Shown piece after piece: positions 41,402 through 53,318 of a stretch of DNA of 64,000 nt; position 1 is the first letter of the stretch, and every line of letters begins with the position of its first letter. This DNA is from Deltaproteobacteria bacterium. GTDB lineage: Bacteria; CALINM01. The stretch spans positions 121,144-185,143 of the forward strand of contig JBBIPZ010000001.1 in NCBI GenBank assembly GCA_037442505.1, written 5' to 3'. The notes beneath the pieces were generated by a model. It saw only the letters and a program-made list of their open reading frames with translations, was not told where the DNA came from and made no database searches. A program made the position numbers and the translations under genes.

Positions 41402-42562
41402 ATGGGCAATTCAGTCCTTGATGAGATTCTAAAAATAGCTATGAAGATCGAGGCTTCTGACGTCCACCTCAAGCCTGGCAAGCCGCCAGTCTATCGAACA
41501 CACAATAAACTTGTCTCTTTAAAAGATGCGAAGGTGTTGGGCTTTGATGAGCTTAACGAGATGCTTTATGGGATGATGACACCAAAACAAAGGTCGGAGT
41601 TTGATCAAAAATTTGATTTTGATATGGCATATAGCGTGCCGGGTGTCGGCAGGTTCAGGGTAAATCTTTTCAAACAAAGAGGCAGCATTGGCGCTGTAAT
41701 GCGTGCAATACCAATGGTCGTTAAAGGGTTTAAAGAGCTTGGTTTGCCGCCAATTATGGAAAAGATTGCGAGCGAAAAAAGGGGATTAATCCTTGTTACA
41801 GGTACTACAGGATCAGGAAAATCTACAACACTTGCATCGATTATAGACTATATAAACAACACCAGTACTTGTAACATAATAACGATTGAGGACCCTATAG
41901 AGTTTCTTTTCAGGGACAACAAAAGCATTATCGTCCAGAGAGAGGTTGGTTTTGATACATTAAGTTTTAACAATGCGCTAAGGGCGGCATTGAGACAGGA
42001 TCCAGACATCATACTTGTAGGAGAGATGAGGGATATCGAAACAATCGAAATTGCGTTAACTGCAGCTGAAACAGGACATCTTGTTTTAAGTACTTTGCAT
42101 ACGATGGATGCTACAGAGACGATTAACAGAATTGTTGGGATTTTCCCTCCGCATCAGCAACAGCAGATTAGATATCAGTTGGCAGCAACATTGAAGGCAG
42201 TCATCTCCCAGAGGTTAGTGCCTAAGGCAGATGGTAGAGGGAGAGTGCCTGCGGTAGAAATACTTATTGCTACTGCCAGAATTAAAGAACTTATCGAGGA
42301 TCCAACTAAAACTAAAGCCATTAGGGACGCTATTGCAGAAGGGCACACAGTTTATGGAATGCAAACATTTGACCAGAGCTTATATGTCCTGTTGAAACAA
42401 AACCTTATTACTTACGAGGAGGCATTAAAAAATGCCACAAACCCAGCTGACTTTGCTCTTAAAGTAAGTGGGGTAGACACCTCATCTGATAAAACATCAT
42501 CTGTACATGAGGGGGGAGAAGTATCAAAGGACAAAGAAGAACTGAAGATAGAGCGCTTTTAG
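41402..42562 (+). CDS. pilT: Type IV pilus twitching-motility ATPase PilT
   Basis: ASDVHL N-terminus. GTTGSGKSTT Walker A. GEMRD plus the TLHT His-box. AIRDAIAEG... C-terminus. Confidence 0.9.
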   Translation: MGNSVLDEILKIAMKIEASDVHLKPGKPPVYRTHNKLVSLKDAKVLGFDELNEMLYGMMTPKQRSEFDQKFDFDMAYSVPGVGRFRVNLFKQRGSIGAVMRAIPMVVKGFKELGLPPIMEKIASEKRGLILVTGTTGSGKSTTLASIIDYINNTSTCNIITIEDPIEFLFRDNKSIIVQREVGFDTLSFNNALRAALRQDPDIILVGEMRDIETIEIALTAAETGHLVLSTLHTMDATETINRIVGIFPPHQQQQIRYQLAATLKAVISQRLVPKADGRGRVPAVEILIATARIKELIEDPTKTKAIRDAIAEGHTVYGMQTFDQSLYVLLKQNLITYEEALKNATNPADFALKVSGVDTSSDKTSSVHEGGEVSKDKEELKIERF

Positions 42563-42621
42563 TTAAAAGGTATGCTTTAAGACTTCTGGAGCGTTTTATC
42601 TATTCAGAAAGTGTATTAAAA

Positions 42622-43002
42622 GTGAAAATTTTGAATAAATTTCCTGATAGCGAAGCTGAAATAGAGGTTATCGTTAACGATTTAAAAAAACTCGGATATA
42701 TCGATGATGAAAAAAATGCGCACTACTATGTAGATTTGCTAATTTCAAGGGGGTATGGCAGAGAATACATTAAACGCTATTTAAAGAAAAAAGGCTTTCC
42801 AGTACCGGATGAGATTGTTGTTGAAAGTAGTGATGCTATAGAGAAATGGTTTTTAAAAAAGACGAAGGGTAAAACAAGTTTAGAACGGAAAGATTGGCAG
42901 AGGGTTTTTTTGTATCTTAAGAGTAAAGGTTTTACTTCAGAGGAAATTTTTGATTTTTTTAGAAAACGGAGGGTGTATGAAGGGGAGAGAGATTCGCGCT
43001 AA
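42622..43002 (+). CDS. recX: RecA regulator RecX
   Basis: 126 aa, made of helical repeats with YGR/YIKRYL-KKG-style motifs. It sits just upstream of alaS, as in the canonical recA-recX-alaS arrangement. Confidence 0.7.
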   Translation: MKILNKFPDSEAEIEVIVNDLKKLGYIDDEKNAHYYVDLLISRGYGREYIKRYLKKKGFPVPDEIVVESSDAIEKWFLKKTKGKTSLERKDWQRVFLYLKSKGFTSEEIFDFFRKRRVYEGERDSR

Positions 43003-45595
43003 ATTCCTCAATTATTTTGCGGAAAGAGGGCACCAAATTGTAAAAAGTTCAGGATTGGTTCCTCAAAATGACCCGACGCTACTTTTTACAAATGCCGGTA
43101 TGAACCAGTTTAAAGATATTTTTCTTGGAATAGAGAAAAGAGATTATAAAAGGGCTTGTAGCTCACAAAAATGTGTAAGGGCTGGCGGTAAACATAACGA
43201 CCTTGAGAATGTAGGTTATACTGCACGCCATCACACATTTTTTGAGATGTTAGGAAACTTTTCATTTGGCGATTATTTTAAAAAAGACGCTATTTTCTAT
43301 GGTTGGGATTTTTTAACAAGAGAGCTTAATCTTCCCAAGGAAAGACTCTGGGTAACAATATACAAAGATGATGAAGAAGCTTTTAAATTATGGCAGGAAG
43401 TTGCAGGCATATCAGCGGACAGAATCGTTAGATTGGGTGAAAAAGACAATTTTTGGTCGATGGGAGATGAAGGACCATGCGGACCCTGCTCTGAAATAAT
43501 AATAGATCAGGGTGAAGGTGTTGGATGTGGCAAACAGGATTGTGCAGTTGGATGTGATTGTGATAGATATTTAGAGTTGTGGAATCTCGTTTTTATGCAG
43601 TATAACAGAAAAAGTGACGGTACGTTGGAGCCATTGCCTAATCCGAGTATTGATACAGGGATGGGATTAGAACGCATTACATCTGTTATTCAGAAGGTAA
43701 GTTCTAACTTTGAGACTGACTTATTGTTTCCGTATATAGAGAAGATGGCTTCACTTGCGGGTGTAAAATATGGTGAAAATCACGAAACAGACGGTCATTT
43801 AAAAGTTATAGCGGATCACATAAGGGCTATGACGTTTTTGATATCGGACGGGGTTTTTCCATCAAATGAGGGACGTGGCTATGTTTTAAGAAGAATCATG
43901 CGAAGGGCGATAAGACATGCCAGGATGTTAGGTTTTTCAAAGCCGGTTTTATTTGAGCTTGCACCTCTTGTAGCCGATGTGATGGAAGATGCATATCCAG
44001 AGCTTAAAGATAACCTCGAACTCGTAAAAAAGGTAGTTCAAAACGAAGAAGAACGTTTTCTGGAGACATTAGACGGAGGGTTAAAGATACTTTTTGGCAA
44101 GCTTGATGAAGTGAGGAAAAATAATGCTAAAGTGTTTCCAGGAGACACCGCATTTATGCTGTATGATACATATGGTTTTCCTGTTGATTTGACACAGGAT
44201 ATATTGAGGGAACACAATATTTCTCTGGATTTGGCTGGCTTTGAATCACAAATGGAGCAGCAAAGAGAACGTGCACGAAAAAGCTGGAAAGGGGAGGGAG
44301 CAGGGATAGAAGAATTATATAAAAGACTATCACAGGAGATTGATGTTGAGTTTCTGGGATATCAAACAACAGTTTCGACCGAACATTTATTAAAAATAGT
44401 TTCTAACGGAATGTTGAAAGACGAACTTTTAGAAGGTGAAAAAGGAGAATTCATTTTCGAAAAAACACCATTTTACGGTGAGTCTGGCGGACAAGTAGGT
44501 GATATTGGCAAGATTATTGGTGATGATTTTTTGATTGAAGTTTCTGATACAAAAAAGATAAACAATTTGATTATTCATGTTGGTTATGTTAAAAAAGGAA
44601 AAGTAAAAACTGGCGTTTCTGCATGCCTTATTGTTGAAAATAGTCTCCGTGAAAATACCGCTTCTCATCATACGGCAACGCATCTTTTACAGGCTGCGCT
44701 CCAAAAGGTGTTGGGCAATCACGTTAAGCAGGCAGGCAGTCTTGTAACGCCGGAACGCTTGAGGTTTGACTTTACACATTTTGCAGCAATAACCGATGAT
44801 GAATTGAGTAAGATAGAGAGACTTATCAATGAATGGATAAGAGATAACAAAAAGGTTAGAATCTCTATACTGTCGTATGATGAGGCTGTGAAAAAGGGCG
44901 CGATGGCAATTTTTGGAGAGAAGTATGGAGATACCGTTAGAATGGTGGAAGTAGAAGAAGTTAGTAAAGAGCTTTGTGGCGGAACTCATCAGACAGAAAC
45001 AGGCAGACTTGGTCTTTTCAAAATCATTTCTGAAGAAAGTGTTGCTGCTGGAGTAAGGAGGATAGAGGCGGTTGCTGGTGAATCTGCCTACAACTGGGTA
45101 ACACAAATGTGGGATAAGCTACAAACAGTATCTTCAGTATTAAAAACATCACCTAAAGACGTCGAATTTAAGATAGAAAAGCTTGTTAAAAGAGAGAAGG
45201 AACTGGAAAAACAGATAGAATCTTTACAACATAAGATCTCTTCTTATCAGGCAAAGGAACAGATGGTTGTTAAAGAAATTAAAAATGGTAACCGTGCAAT
45301 CGCTACAAAGGTCTCCGTTTCGGACGTCAACCAGTTAAGAACAACAATGGACACAATTAAAGATAAAGAAAAGGATGCTGTAATCTTTTTAGCTTCTGCG
45401 ATAGAAGGAAAGGCAAACTATCTGGTTTTTGTGCCTGATAATATAACTCATCTGGATGCAGGAAAACTTTTAAAAGAGATTGTAGCACAGGTAAATGGCA
45501 GAGGAGGCGGAAAGAAAAATATGGCACAGGGTGGTTCTAATTCCGCTTCGGATATTGAAACAGCTATCAAAAAGTTTTTTTCTCTGGTGGAGTGA
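42977..45595 (+). CDS. alaS: Alanine--tRNA ligase
   Basis: Starts MKGREIRAKFLNYFAERGH. Editing-domain HxxxH/CxxxH motifs (HHTATH, CGGTH) and a C-terminal DHHA1 domain. The start at 42977 follows GAGGGTG and overlaps the recX end. Confidence 0.93.
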   Translation: MKGREIRAKFLNYFAERGHQIVKSSGLVPQNDPTLLFTNAGMNQFKDIFLGIEKRDYKRACSSQKCVRAGGKHNDLENVGYTARHHTFFEMLGNFSFGDYFKKDAIFYGWDFLTRELNLPKERLWVTIYKDDEEAFKLWQEVAGISADRIVRLGEKDNFWSMGDEGPCGPCSEIIIDQGEGVGCGKQDCAVGCDCDRYLELWNLVFMQYNRKSDGTLEPLPNPSIDTGMGLERITSVIQKVSSNFETDLLFPYIEKMASLAGVKYGENHETDGHLKVIADHIRAMTFLISDGVFPSNEGRGYVLRRIMRRAIRHARMLGFSKPVLFELAPLVADVMEDAYPELKDNLELVKKVVQNEEERFLETLDGGLKILFGKLDEVRKNNAKVFPGDTAFMLYDTYGFPVDLTQDILREHNISLDLAGFESQMEQQRERARKSWKGEGAGIEELYKRLSQEIDVEFLGYQTTVSTEHLLKIVSNGMLKDELLEGEKGEFIFEKTPFYGESGGQVGDIGKIIGDDFLIEVSDTKKINNLIIHVGYVKKGKVKTGVSACLIVENSLRENTASHHTATHLLQAALQKVLGNHVKQAGSLVTPERLRFDFTHFAAITDDELSKIERLINEWIRDNKKVRISILSYDEAVKKGAMAIFGEKYGDTVRMVEVEEVSKELCGGTHQTETGRLGLFKIISEESVAAGVRRIEAVAGESAYNWVTQMWDKLQTVSSVLKTSPKDVEFKIEKLVKREKELEKQIESLQHKISSYQAKEQMVVKEIKNGNRAIATKVSVSDVNQLRTTMDTIKDKEKDAVIFLASAIEGKANYLVFVPDNITHLDAGKLLKEIVAQVNGRGGGKKNMAQGGSNSASDIETAIKKFFSLVE

Positions 45596-46578
45596 TGAAA
45601 GAGCTAATTGTTCAAGTAAAAAGAGGCGATTATCCTGAGAATATCCATCGCTGTCATCTTGTGGTTGTTGATAGAGATGGGAACAACGTTTTTCAGAAAG
45701 GGGATGGGAACTATCTTACCTGTCTTAGGTCTGCTGCAAAGCCTTTACAGGCGGTTCCTATTATGTTGAACAATCTTGATAAATATTATGGGCTGACTGA
45801 ACAAGAGGTAGCGGCATTTTGCGGCTCTTTAAATGGAGAGCCGTTTCAGATAGATGTTGTGAGAAGCATTTTGCATAAGGCAAATGTAGCAGAGGATTTT
45901 TTAAAATGTGGCGCAACTTATCCATCTTATAAAAAGGCTGCAGATGATTTAAGGGCAAAAGGAGAAAAGCCTGCGCCAATCTATCACAACTGCTCTGCAA
46001 AACATGCAGGAATGCTTATAGTTTGTCAATTTAAAGGTTATGATAAATCAACGTATTTAAAACCAGAGCATCCACTTCAACAGGAAATACTCGAGATTAT
46101 TTCTGACTATGCTGAATTAAAAAAAGATGAGATAAAGGTTGTCACAGATGGATGTGGATTGCCGGTGTTTTTTATGCCTCTTAAAAACATTGCAATAGCA
46201 TATAAAAACCTTGCCCTTAAAATGGAAAATAGCCAGAGCAGGGTGAGACGATTGTTAAAAGCAGCGCTTGATTTTCCAGAAATGGTTGGCGGAACAGATA
46301 GATTATGCAGTAATGTGATTAAGGCAACCAATGGTAAAGTTTTTGCAAAGGTTGGAGCAGATGGCGTTTATGCTGCGTTTAACATTAATAAAATGGAATC
46401 TCTTGCTATGAAGGTTGAGGATGGTTCAGCAAAGGCAGTTCAGACGGCATTCGTGGTGGCTATGGAAAAGATTGGCTGGCTAAACCCATCTGAGTTTTCA
46501 AAATTAGAAAAATACTGGAAACTATCTATCAAAAACTCTCTTGGCAATGTAGTTGGCGAAGTAGAAGTTGTTTTGTAA
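45592..46578 (+). CDS. Asparaginase-II family (PF06089-like) protein
   Basis: The ENIHRCHLVVVD-DGN-VF--GD...RSAAKPLQAVP N-terminal pattern is typical of this family. 328 aa. Overlaps the alaS stop. Confidence 0.65.
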   Translation: MMKELIVQVKRGDYPENIHRCHLVVVDRDGNNVFQKGDGNYLTCLRSAAKPLQAVPIMLNNLDKYYGLTEQEVAAFCGSLNGEPFQIDVVRSILHKANVAEDFLKCGATYPSYKKAADDLRAKGEKPAPIYHNCSAKHAGMLIVCQFKGYDKSTYLKPEHPLQQEILEIISDYAELKKDEIKVVTDGCGLPVFFMPLKNIAIAYKNLALKMENSQSRVRRLLKAALDFPEMVGGTDRLCSNVIKATNGKVFAKVGADGVYAAFNINKMESLAMKVEDGSAKAVQTAFVVAMEKIGWLNPSEFSKLEKYWKLSIKNSLGNVVGEVEVVL

Positions 46579-46605
46579 AAACTAAATTTTTGGGAGGTCC
46601 AGGAT

Positions 46606-47034
46606 ATGTTTCAGGCAAAAAAACAACAAGTCATTGAAGAGGTGAAAATACAGGGCAACGTCGAAGTGCTAACATTTTTAGGTGTAGGTACAGAGTTTAA
46701 AGGAAAAGTTGTTTTTCAGGGCACATTAAGGGTAGATGGTACGGTAGAAGGCGAGATTGATGGCAGTGATACGCTCATTCTCGGAGAGACAGGCTCTATT
46801 ACTGGTGTTTGCAAGGTAGGAAAAGCAATTTTCTCTGGCAAGATTAGGGGTGAAGTGTATGCCAGTGAAAAGCTTATACTAAAGAAAAACTCTGACTTCA
46901 ATGGCAAAATAGTGACGCCGTCGCTGGTAGTTGAAGAGGGTGCAAACTTTAACGGTAGTTGTAAAATGGGTAGAGAGTTTCCCAAAGAAAGGGAGTATAT
47001 CGAAGAGCACGAAGCTTCTGTTGTGAAACTATAA
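46606..47034 (+). CDS. Bactofilin-family cytoskeletal protein
   Basis: Repetitive beta-helical pattern (GKVVFQGTLRVDGTVEGEIDGSDTLILGETGSITG...). ~140 aa. Confidence 0.8.
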   Translation: MFQAKKQQVIEEVKIQGNVEVLTFLGVGTEFKGKVVFQGTLRVDGTVEGEIDGSDTLILGETGSITGVCKVGKAIFSGKIRGEVYASEKLILKKNSDFNGKIVTPSLVVEEGANFNGSCKMGREFPKEREYIEEHEASVVKL

Positions 47035-47051
47035 ACCCTTTAGAATTACAG

Positions 47052-47723
47052 ATGAAAGAAACCAGCACAATCAAAGATATGTTTGACAACATAGCGCAGA
47101 GGTATGATTTTTTGAATCATACTTTATCCATCTTTCAGGATTATTACTGGCGATACCAGATGTTTAATGAAGTTGTTCCAGCAAGAGAAGTTTTAGTGTT
47201 AGATATAGCGACAGGCACTGGTGATAGCGCAAAAGTCTCGATAAAAAATGGTTTTAAGGTTGTGGGCATTGATTTAAGCTATAAAATGCTTTACAAAACG
47301 AAAAAAAAGATAAAAAGTGATAGCTTTATTCCTATATGTGGTTCAGGTTATGAATTGCCATTTAAAAATGAAAGCTTTTCTGTGATCACTTGTGCATTTG
47401 GTATAAGAAACATGCATGAAACCATTTCCGCTTTAAAAGAGATTAATCGTGTATTAAAAAACGGGGGAAAGGTTATTTTTCTTGAGTTTTCAATGCCGGA
47501 GACATTATTTAAATATCCATATCGCATTTATCTAAAGTATGTAATGCCATTTATCGCCTCCTTTTTTTCAAGAAAAGAGGCATACGATTACTTGTATGAT
47601 TCTATTGAAAAATTTCCCCGACCAGATGATTTCGCCCAACTGTTAAGAGAAGCCAGCTTTACAGCATGCAAAACCAAATCGCTGAGTTCTGGAACTGTAA
47701 ACATAATAACTGCGTTTAAGTAG
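47052..47723 (+). CDS. ubiE: Demethylmenaquinone/ubiquinone C-methyltransferase UbiE/MenG-like (class I SAM MTase)
   Basis: MFDNIAQRYDFLNH-LS (UbiE N-motif) and VLDIATGTGD (SAM motif I). Confidence 0.8.
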   Translation: MKETSTIKDMFDNIAQRYDFLNHTLSIFQDYYWRYQMFNEVVPAREVLVLDIATGTGDSAKVSIKNGFKVVGIDLSYKMLYKTKKKIKSDSFIPICGSGYELPFKNESFSVITCAFGIRNMHETISALKEINRVLKNGGKVIFLEFSMPETLFKYPYRIYLKYVMPFIASFFSRKEAYDYLYDSIEKFPRPDDFAQLLREASFTACKTKSLSSGTVNIITAFK

Positions 47724-47742
47724 TTTAAGCAGTAATTATTAT

Positions 47743-48306
47743 TTATCCTTTTGACAGTATGGTTTTTAATGCGTAAACAAGCCGTTTTTCTAAATCTTCA
47801 ATATTTGCGGAGGCACCTTTATTCAAGTAAAATGATGGTTCAGAATGAGAGATAAATTTTTTGAGCTCATCATCAGCCTGTTTTACTGAGAAAAACAGAA
47901 TGGGTACCTTTTTGATTTCTAATGCCTTTTCTATGGCACGCATCGCAATTGCAGTGCTTACTCCAGAAATAAAGGGCATTCGTATATCAAGTATAACAAG
48001 ACTTACATCTCTTTTTTCAATAATAGACTTTAGATAGTAGGTTATAGCTTCTTCGCCATTATTCAATGGTATGAATCTGTTACAAAGTCCGTTTTTTTCG
48101 ACGATATCTTTAACCAGCTCACGCATAAACGCAGAGTCATCTGCGTGAATTATTGTAACTTCATCTAATTTTGCTGTTTTAATGTGATTTTTTTTGCTTA
48201 AAGGCAGCCCACAGTACAAACAACATATTTCTTCTTTGCCGTCTTTTATGACTGTGTAGGTAAGTACATCTTCGTTACAGTGCTGGCAAAAAAGTTTTTT
48301 TTCCAT
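47743..48306 (-). CDS. Zinc-ribbon + receiver-domain response regulator (no output domain)
   Basis: N-terminal CQHCN...CCLYCG zinc ribbon, then a REC domain (IIHADDS...LDIRMP...K). Confidence 0.7.
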   Translation of the reverse strand: MEKKLFCQHCNEDVLTYTVIKDGKEEICCLYCGLPLSKKNHIKTAKLDEVTIIHADDSAFMRELVKDIVEKNGLCNRFIPLNNGEEAITYYLKSIIEKRDVSLVILDIRMPFISGVSTAIAMRAIEKALEIKKVPILFFSVKQADDELKKFISHSEPSFYLNKGASANIEDLEKRLVYALKTILSKG

Positions 48307-48380
48307 AAGAGTTTGCTTTTTCTTTAAACTTTTTTTATCATATTCAAGTTAACAATGTAAACAAAAAAAATGGAGGGAAA

Positions 48381-50203
48381 ATGCTCGACTTTTTAAGAAA
48401 ACGTGCCTCATCACTTGCTATCAAATTTATTCTTTCGCTGATAATAATTGTCTTTGTCCTATGGGGCGTGGGCAGGATGCGTGAAAGGGAACAGAATATT
48501 GTTGGGAAGATTGGTAAAACTGAAATTTCACTTAGCGAGTATCAGGATGCAATAAACAGATTGTCTGAAGGCTATAAGATGGCTTTTGGTGATAAGTTTG
48601 ATTATAAAATTTTTAAAGACAGGATAAAGAATGAAGCATGGGATATGATTGTTGAGCGGACTATTTTGCTAAAAAAGGCAGATGAATTAAAGCTTAAGGT
48701 TGCTGATAAAGAGATACTGGATGAAATTCAAAAGCAAGAAGCTTTTAAAGAAAACGGACAGTTTAGCAAGGAACGTTATCTTGCTGTTCTAAATTATCTA
48801 AAACTCTCACCTTCGATGTATGAAAAGGATTTAGAACGCACACTGCTTATAAAAAAGTCGATGGCTGTTATTAAAAACTCTGTTAGCATAAGTGAAACAG
48901 ATGTAAAAGATTATTACGAGCTAAAAAACAAAAAAATCAAAGTCAATTACGTAACCTTTAGTTACAAAGACTTTCTAAAGAATGTTAGCAGCTCTGAGGA
49001 AGAGGAAAAAAAGTATTATCAGGACAACAAAGAGGCATTTAAAAAACCAGAAAAGGCTGAAGTTTTATATTATTTTGTCTCTACAGACGAATTTTTGCCC
49101 ACGTTGAAGGTTGAAGACAAAGAACTTAAAGATTATTACGATGAGAACAAAACTGAATTTTTTAAACCCAAAACTTTTATTTTAAGACATATCTTCAAGG
49201 CATTTGGAAAAAACAAAGAAGAATCCAGAAAAAAGATAGAAGAGGCATTAAAACAACTTTCAAAAGAGGATTTTTCAAAGGTTGCCACCCGCTATAACGA
49301 CGATGGGACGAAGGCAAGGGGAGGCTTTATAGGTGAGGTGTCGTTAGACAGAATGTCTCCCAAAATGGCAGCGGCTGTTTCTGGCTTAAAAAAAGGAGAA
49401 AGGTCACAAATCGTTGAGACTGAATACGGTTACCATATTATAAGGCTGGACGATGTGAAAGAAGAGGGCTATAAAAGCTTTGAAGAGGTTAAACAAGATT
49501 TGATGGAAATTGTAAAACTAAAGAAGGCAAGGCTTTATGCAGTGAAAAAAGCAAAAGAACTTTTAACAACTCTGGAAAAAGGGACACCTGACAACTCAAA
49601 GCTAAAAAAAGCCTATGTCGAAAAGGATAATCCAATCTTTGGGGAGTTTGGAGCAATGCCAGAAGTTGTTAAAACAGTATACTCGACAAAAGAAGGCGGT
49701 GTGTTTGGACCTTTAAACAGTTCAAAAGGGGTTTTAGTGGGCAAGGTAAACAAGTTTGACAGGGGATATTTTACATTTGATGAAGTAAAAAACAAAGTGA
49801 AAGAGCAACTTGCAAAGAAGAAAGCCCTTGAATTGGCTGCAAAAAAGGCAGAAGAGGCTTTAAAGCAAAAGAATTTCGAAAGAAAAGCTGTAACAGACTG
49901 GTTTAATCCACTTGGTGTTTTGCCTGCACCACTTGAAAAGATTAAAGGTCTTGACACAGACATAGTAAAACTCACTAAGAACAAAAATCTCCTGCAGAAG
50001 GTTTATCAGTCTGACGATACTGCTTATATTATAATGCTAGCAGATGAAGAAATTAAGAGCTATGACCCACAACGTGAAGACTGCAAGGCATTTTATGATG
50101 AGTTCTTAAACAACAAAAGAACAATCTTCTATAACGATTGGATAAAAGAAGAAAAGGCATCATTAAAAATTGAAAAGAACGAGACGTTGATAAAAAATCT
50201 TTA

Positions 50204-50204
<1 letters not shown>
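48381..50204 (+). CDS. Periplasmic chaperone PpiD/SurA-like with parvulin PPIase domain
   Basis: N-terminal TM anchor. A long chaperone domain. Parvulin motif (GGFIGEVSLDRM...YGYHIIRLDD). Confidence 0.8.
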
Positions 50205-52176
<1,972 letters not shown>

Positions 52177-52203
52177 ATTAGTTAAATAAAGTTTTGTTGG
52201 TTT

Positions 52204-52230
52204 GAGGCGCCATTTAAAGACGCCTCTTTT
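52204..52230 (+). terminator. Rho-independent terminator after galE (GAGGCG-11 nt loop-CGCCTC + TTTT)
   Basis: GC-rich 6-bp stem followed by a T-run. It lies in the gap between convergent genes. Confidence 0.45.
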
Positions 52231-52236
52231 AAAAAT

Positions 52237-52419
52237 TTACTTTTTAGGTTGTGGTGCACCAACTGGACAGACTTCTGCGCAGGTGCCACAGTCATCACAT
52301 TTACTTTCATCAATAACATACTTTGGATCACCTTCACTAATTGCACCGTTAGGACACTCATCCTTACAGCTTCCACACATGACACAGTCGTCATTAATAA
52401 AATATGCCATAACACTCAC
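52237..52419 (-). CDS. fdx: 2x[4Fe-4S] ferredoxin
   Basis: 60 aa. CVMCGSCKDECP and CDDCGTCAEVCP. Confidence 0.9.
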   Translation of the reverse strand: MSVMAYFINDDCVMCGSCKDECPNGAISEGDPKYVIDESKCDDCGTCAEVCPVGAPQPKK

Positions 52420-52447
52420 CTCCTTGTATAAATTTTATTGTAGATTT

Positions 52448-52555
52448 TTAATCGACTTTAACAAATTTAGAGCTGTCAGCACCACATACTGGACAAACAT
52501 CAGGTGGTTCTGGGCCTTCGTGAATATATCCGCAAACAGTGCATTGCCACTTCAT
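52448..52555 (-). CDS. Mini-rubredoxin (rubrerythrin-C-terminal-type Rd domain), 35 aa, missed by ORF track size cutoff
   Basis: Manual translation of the minus strand gives MKWQCTVCGYIHEGPEPPDVCPVCGADSSKFVKVD. There is a perfect RBS GGAGGAG 6-7 nt upstream. CxxCGY...CPxCG is the rubredoxin-type Fe(Cys)4 knuckle pair. Confidence 0.65.
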   Translation of the reverse strand: MKWQCTVCGYIHEGPEPPDVCPVCGADSSKFVKVD

Positions 52556-52582
52556 AGCATCTCCTCCTTTTTCAATGTATTA

Positions 52583-52918
52583 TTATCCCCATTTATTTTT
52601 TTGTATGTGTGATTGAATCTCGGCAATCGCAATCTTCTTAAGTAACTCTGAACATTCACTAACTCGCTGATAAAAGTTTAAACATGCTGGATCTAAATTA
52701 TCTTTTATCCCTTCGTTAGCAAGAGTTTTTAGCTCGTCAAACGCTTTGACAGATTTCATCAATAAATCATTGCTCTTTCTTGCCCTGACTATTAAACCAA
52801 CCACATTTTCAGGCAACAACTCAAACTGTTCAGCATGAGCACCGCACTTAGGGCAGGAATCCGGTGCATAATCACCTTCATGTATGTAGAAACATGCTTT
52901 ACAACGAAAAAACTTCAT
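52583..52918 (-). CDS. Rubredoxin-like (rubrerythrin-type CxxC...CxxCG...FELL) N-terminal domain fused to ~80-aa helical domain of unknown function
   Basis: MKFFRCKACFYIHEGDYAPDSCPKCGAHAEQFELL. It is paralogous to the adjacent mini-Rd. The C-terminal part lacks diiron ExxH pairs. Confidence 0.65.
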   Translation of the reverse strand: MKFFRCKACFYIHEGDYAPDSCPKCGAHAEQFELLPENVVGLIVRARKSNDLLMKSVKAFDELKTLANEGIKDNLDPACLNFYQRVSECSELLKKIAIAEIQSHIQKNKWG

Positions 52919-52927
52919 AACCTTTCA

Positions 52928-53302
52928 TTATATTTTCAATAATTCTTTTACTGTCGCTATTAGTTGAGTGGTTTGCACCGGTTTTGTTAAATAGGCGTTT
53001 GCCCCCAATGTCAAACCACGTTTTTTATCTTCTTCTGCACCTTCAGTTGTAACGATAATTATAGGCATGCCCTTGTATTTAGCATCCTGTCTCACCAGAC
53101 TGACAAGTTTCAACCCGTCCATTATCGGCATATTGATATCGGCTATCATCAGATCAAATTTGTTGTTTGAGAGCTTTTTTAGGCCATCTACACCATCTGA
53201 GGCTTCGGTTACAGAAACATCTTTCAATCTTTTCAAGGCAAACACAATAAGCTGTCTCATTGTCGGAGAGTCTTCTACAACTAATATGTTTATACTTGCC
53301 AT
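52928..53302 (-). CDS. cheY: CheY-like single-domain response regulator
   Basis: ILVVEDS, ADINMP and KP motifs. 124 aa. Confidence 0.88.
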   Translation of the reverse strand: MASINILVVEDSPTMRQLIVFALKRLKDVSVTEASDGVDGLKKLSNNKFDLMIADINMPIMDGLKLVSLVRQDAKYKGMPIIIVTTEGAEEDKKRGLTLGANAYLTKPVQTTQLIATVKELLKI

Positions 53303-53318
53303 TGTATCCTGTCCTCCG

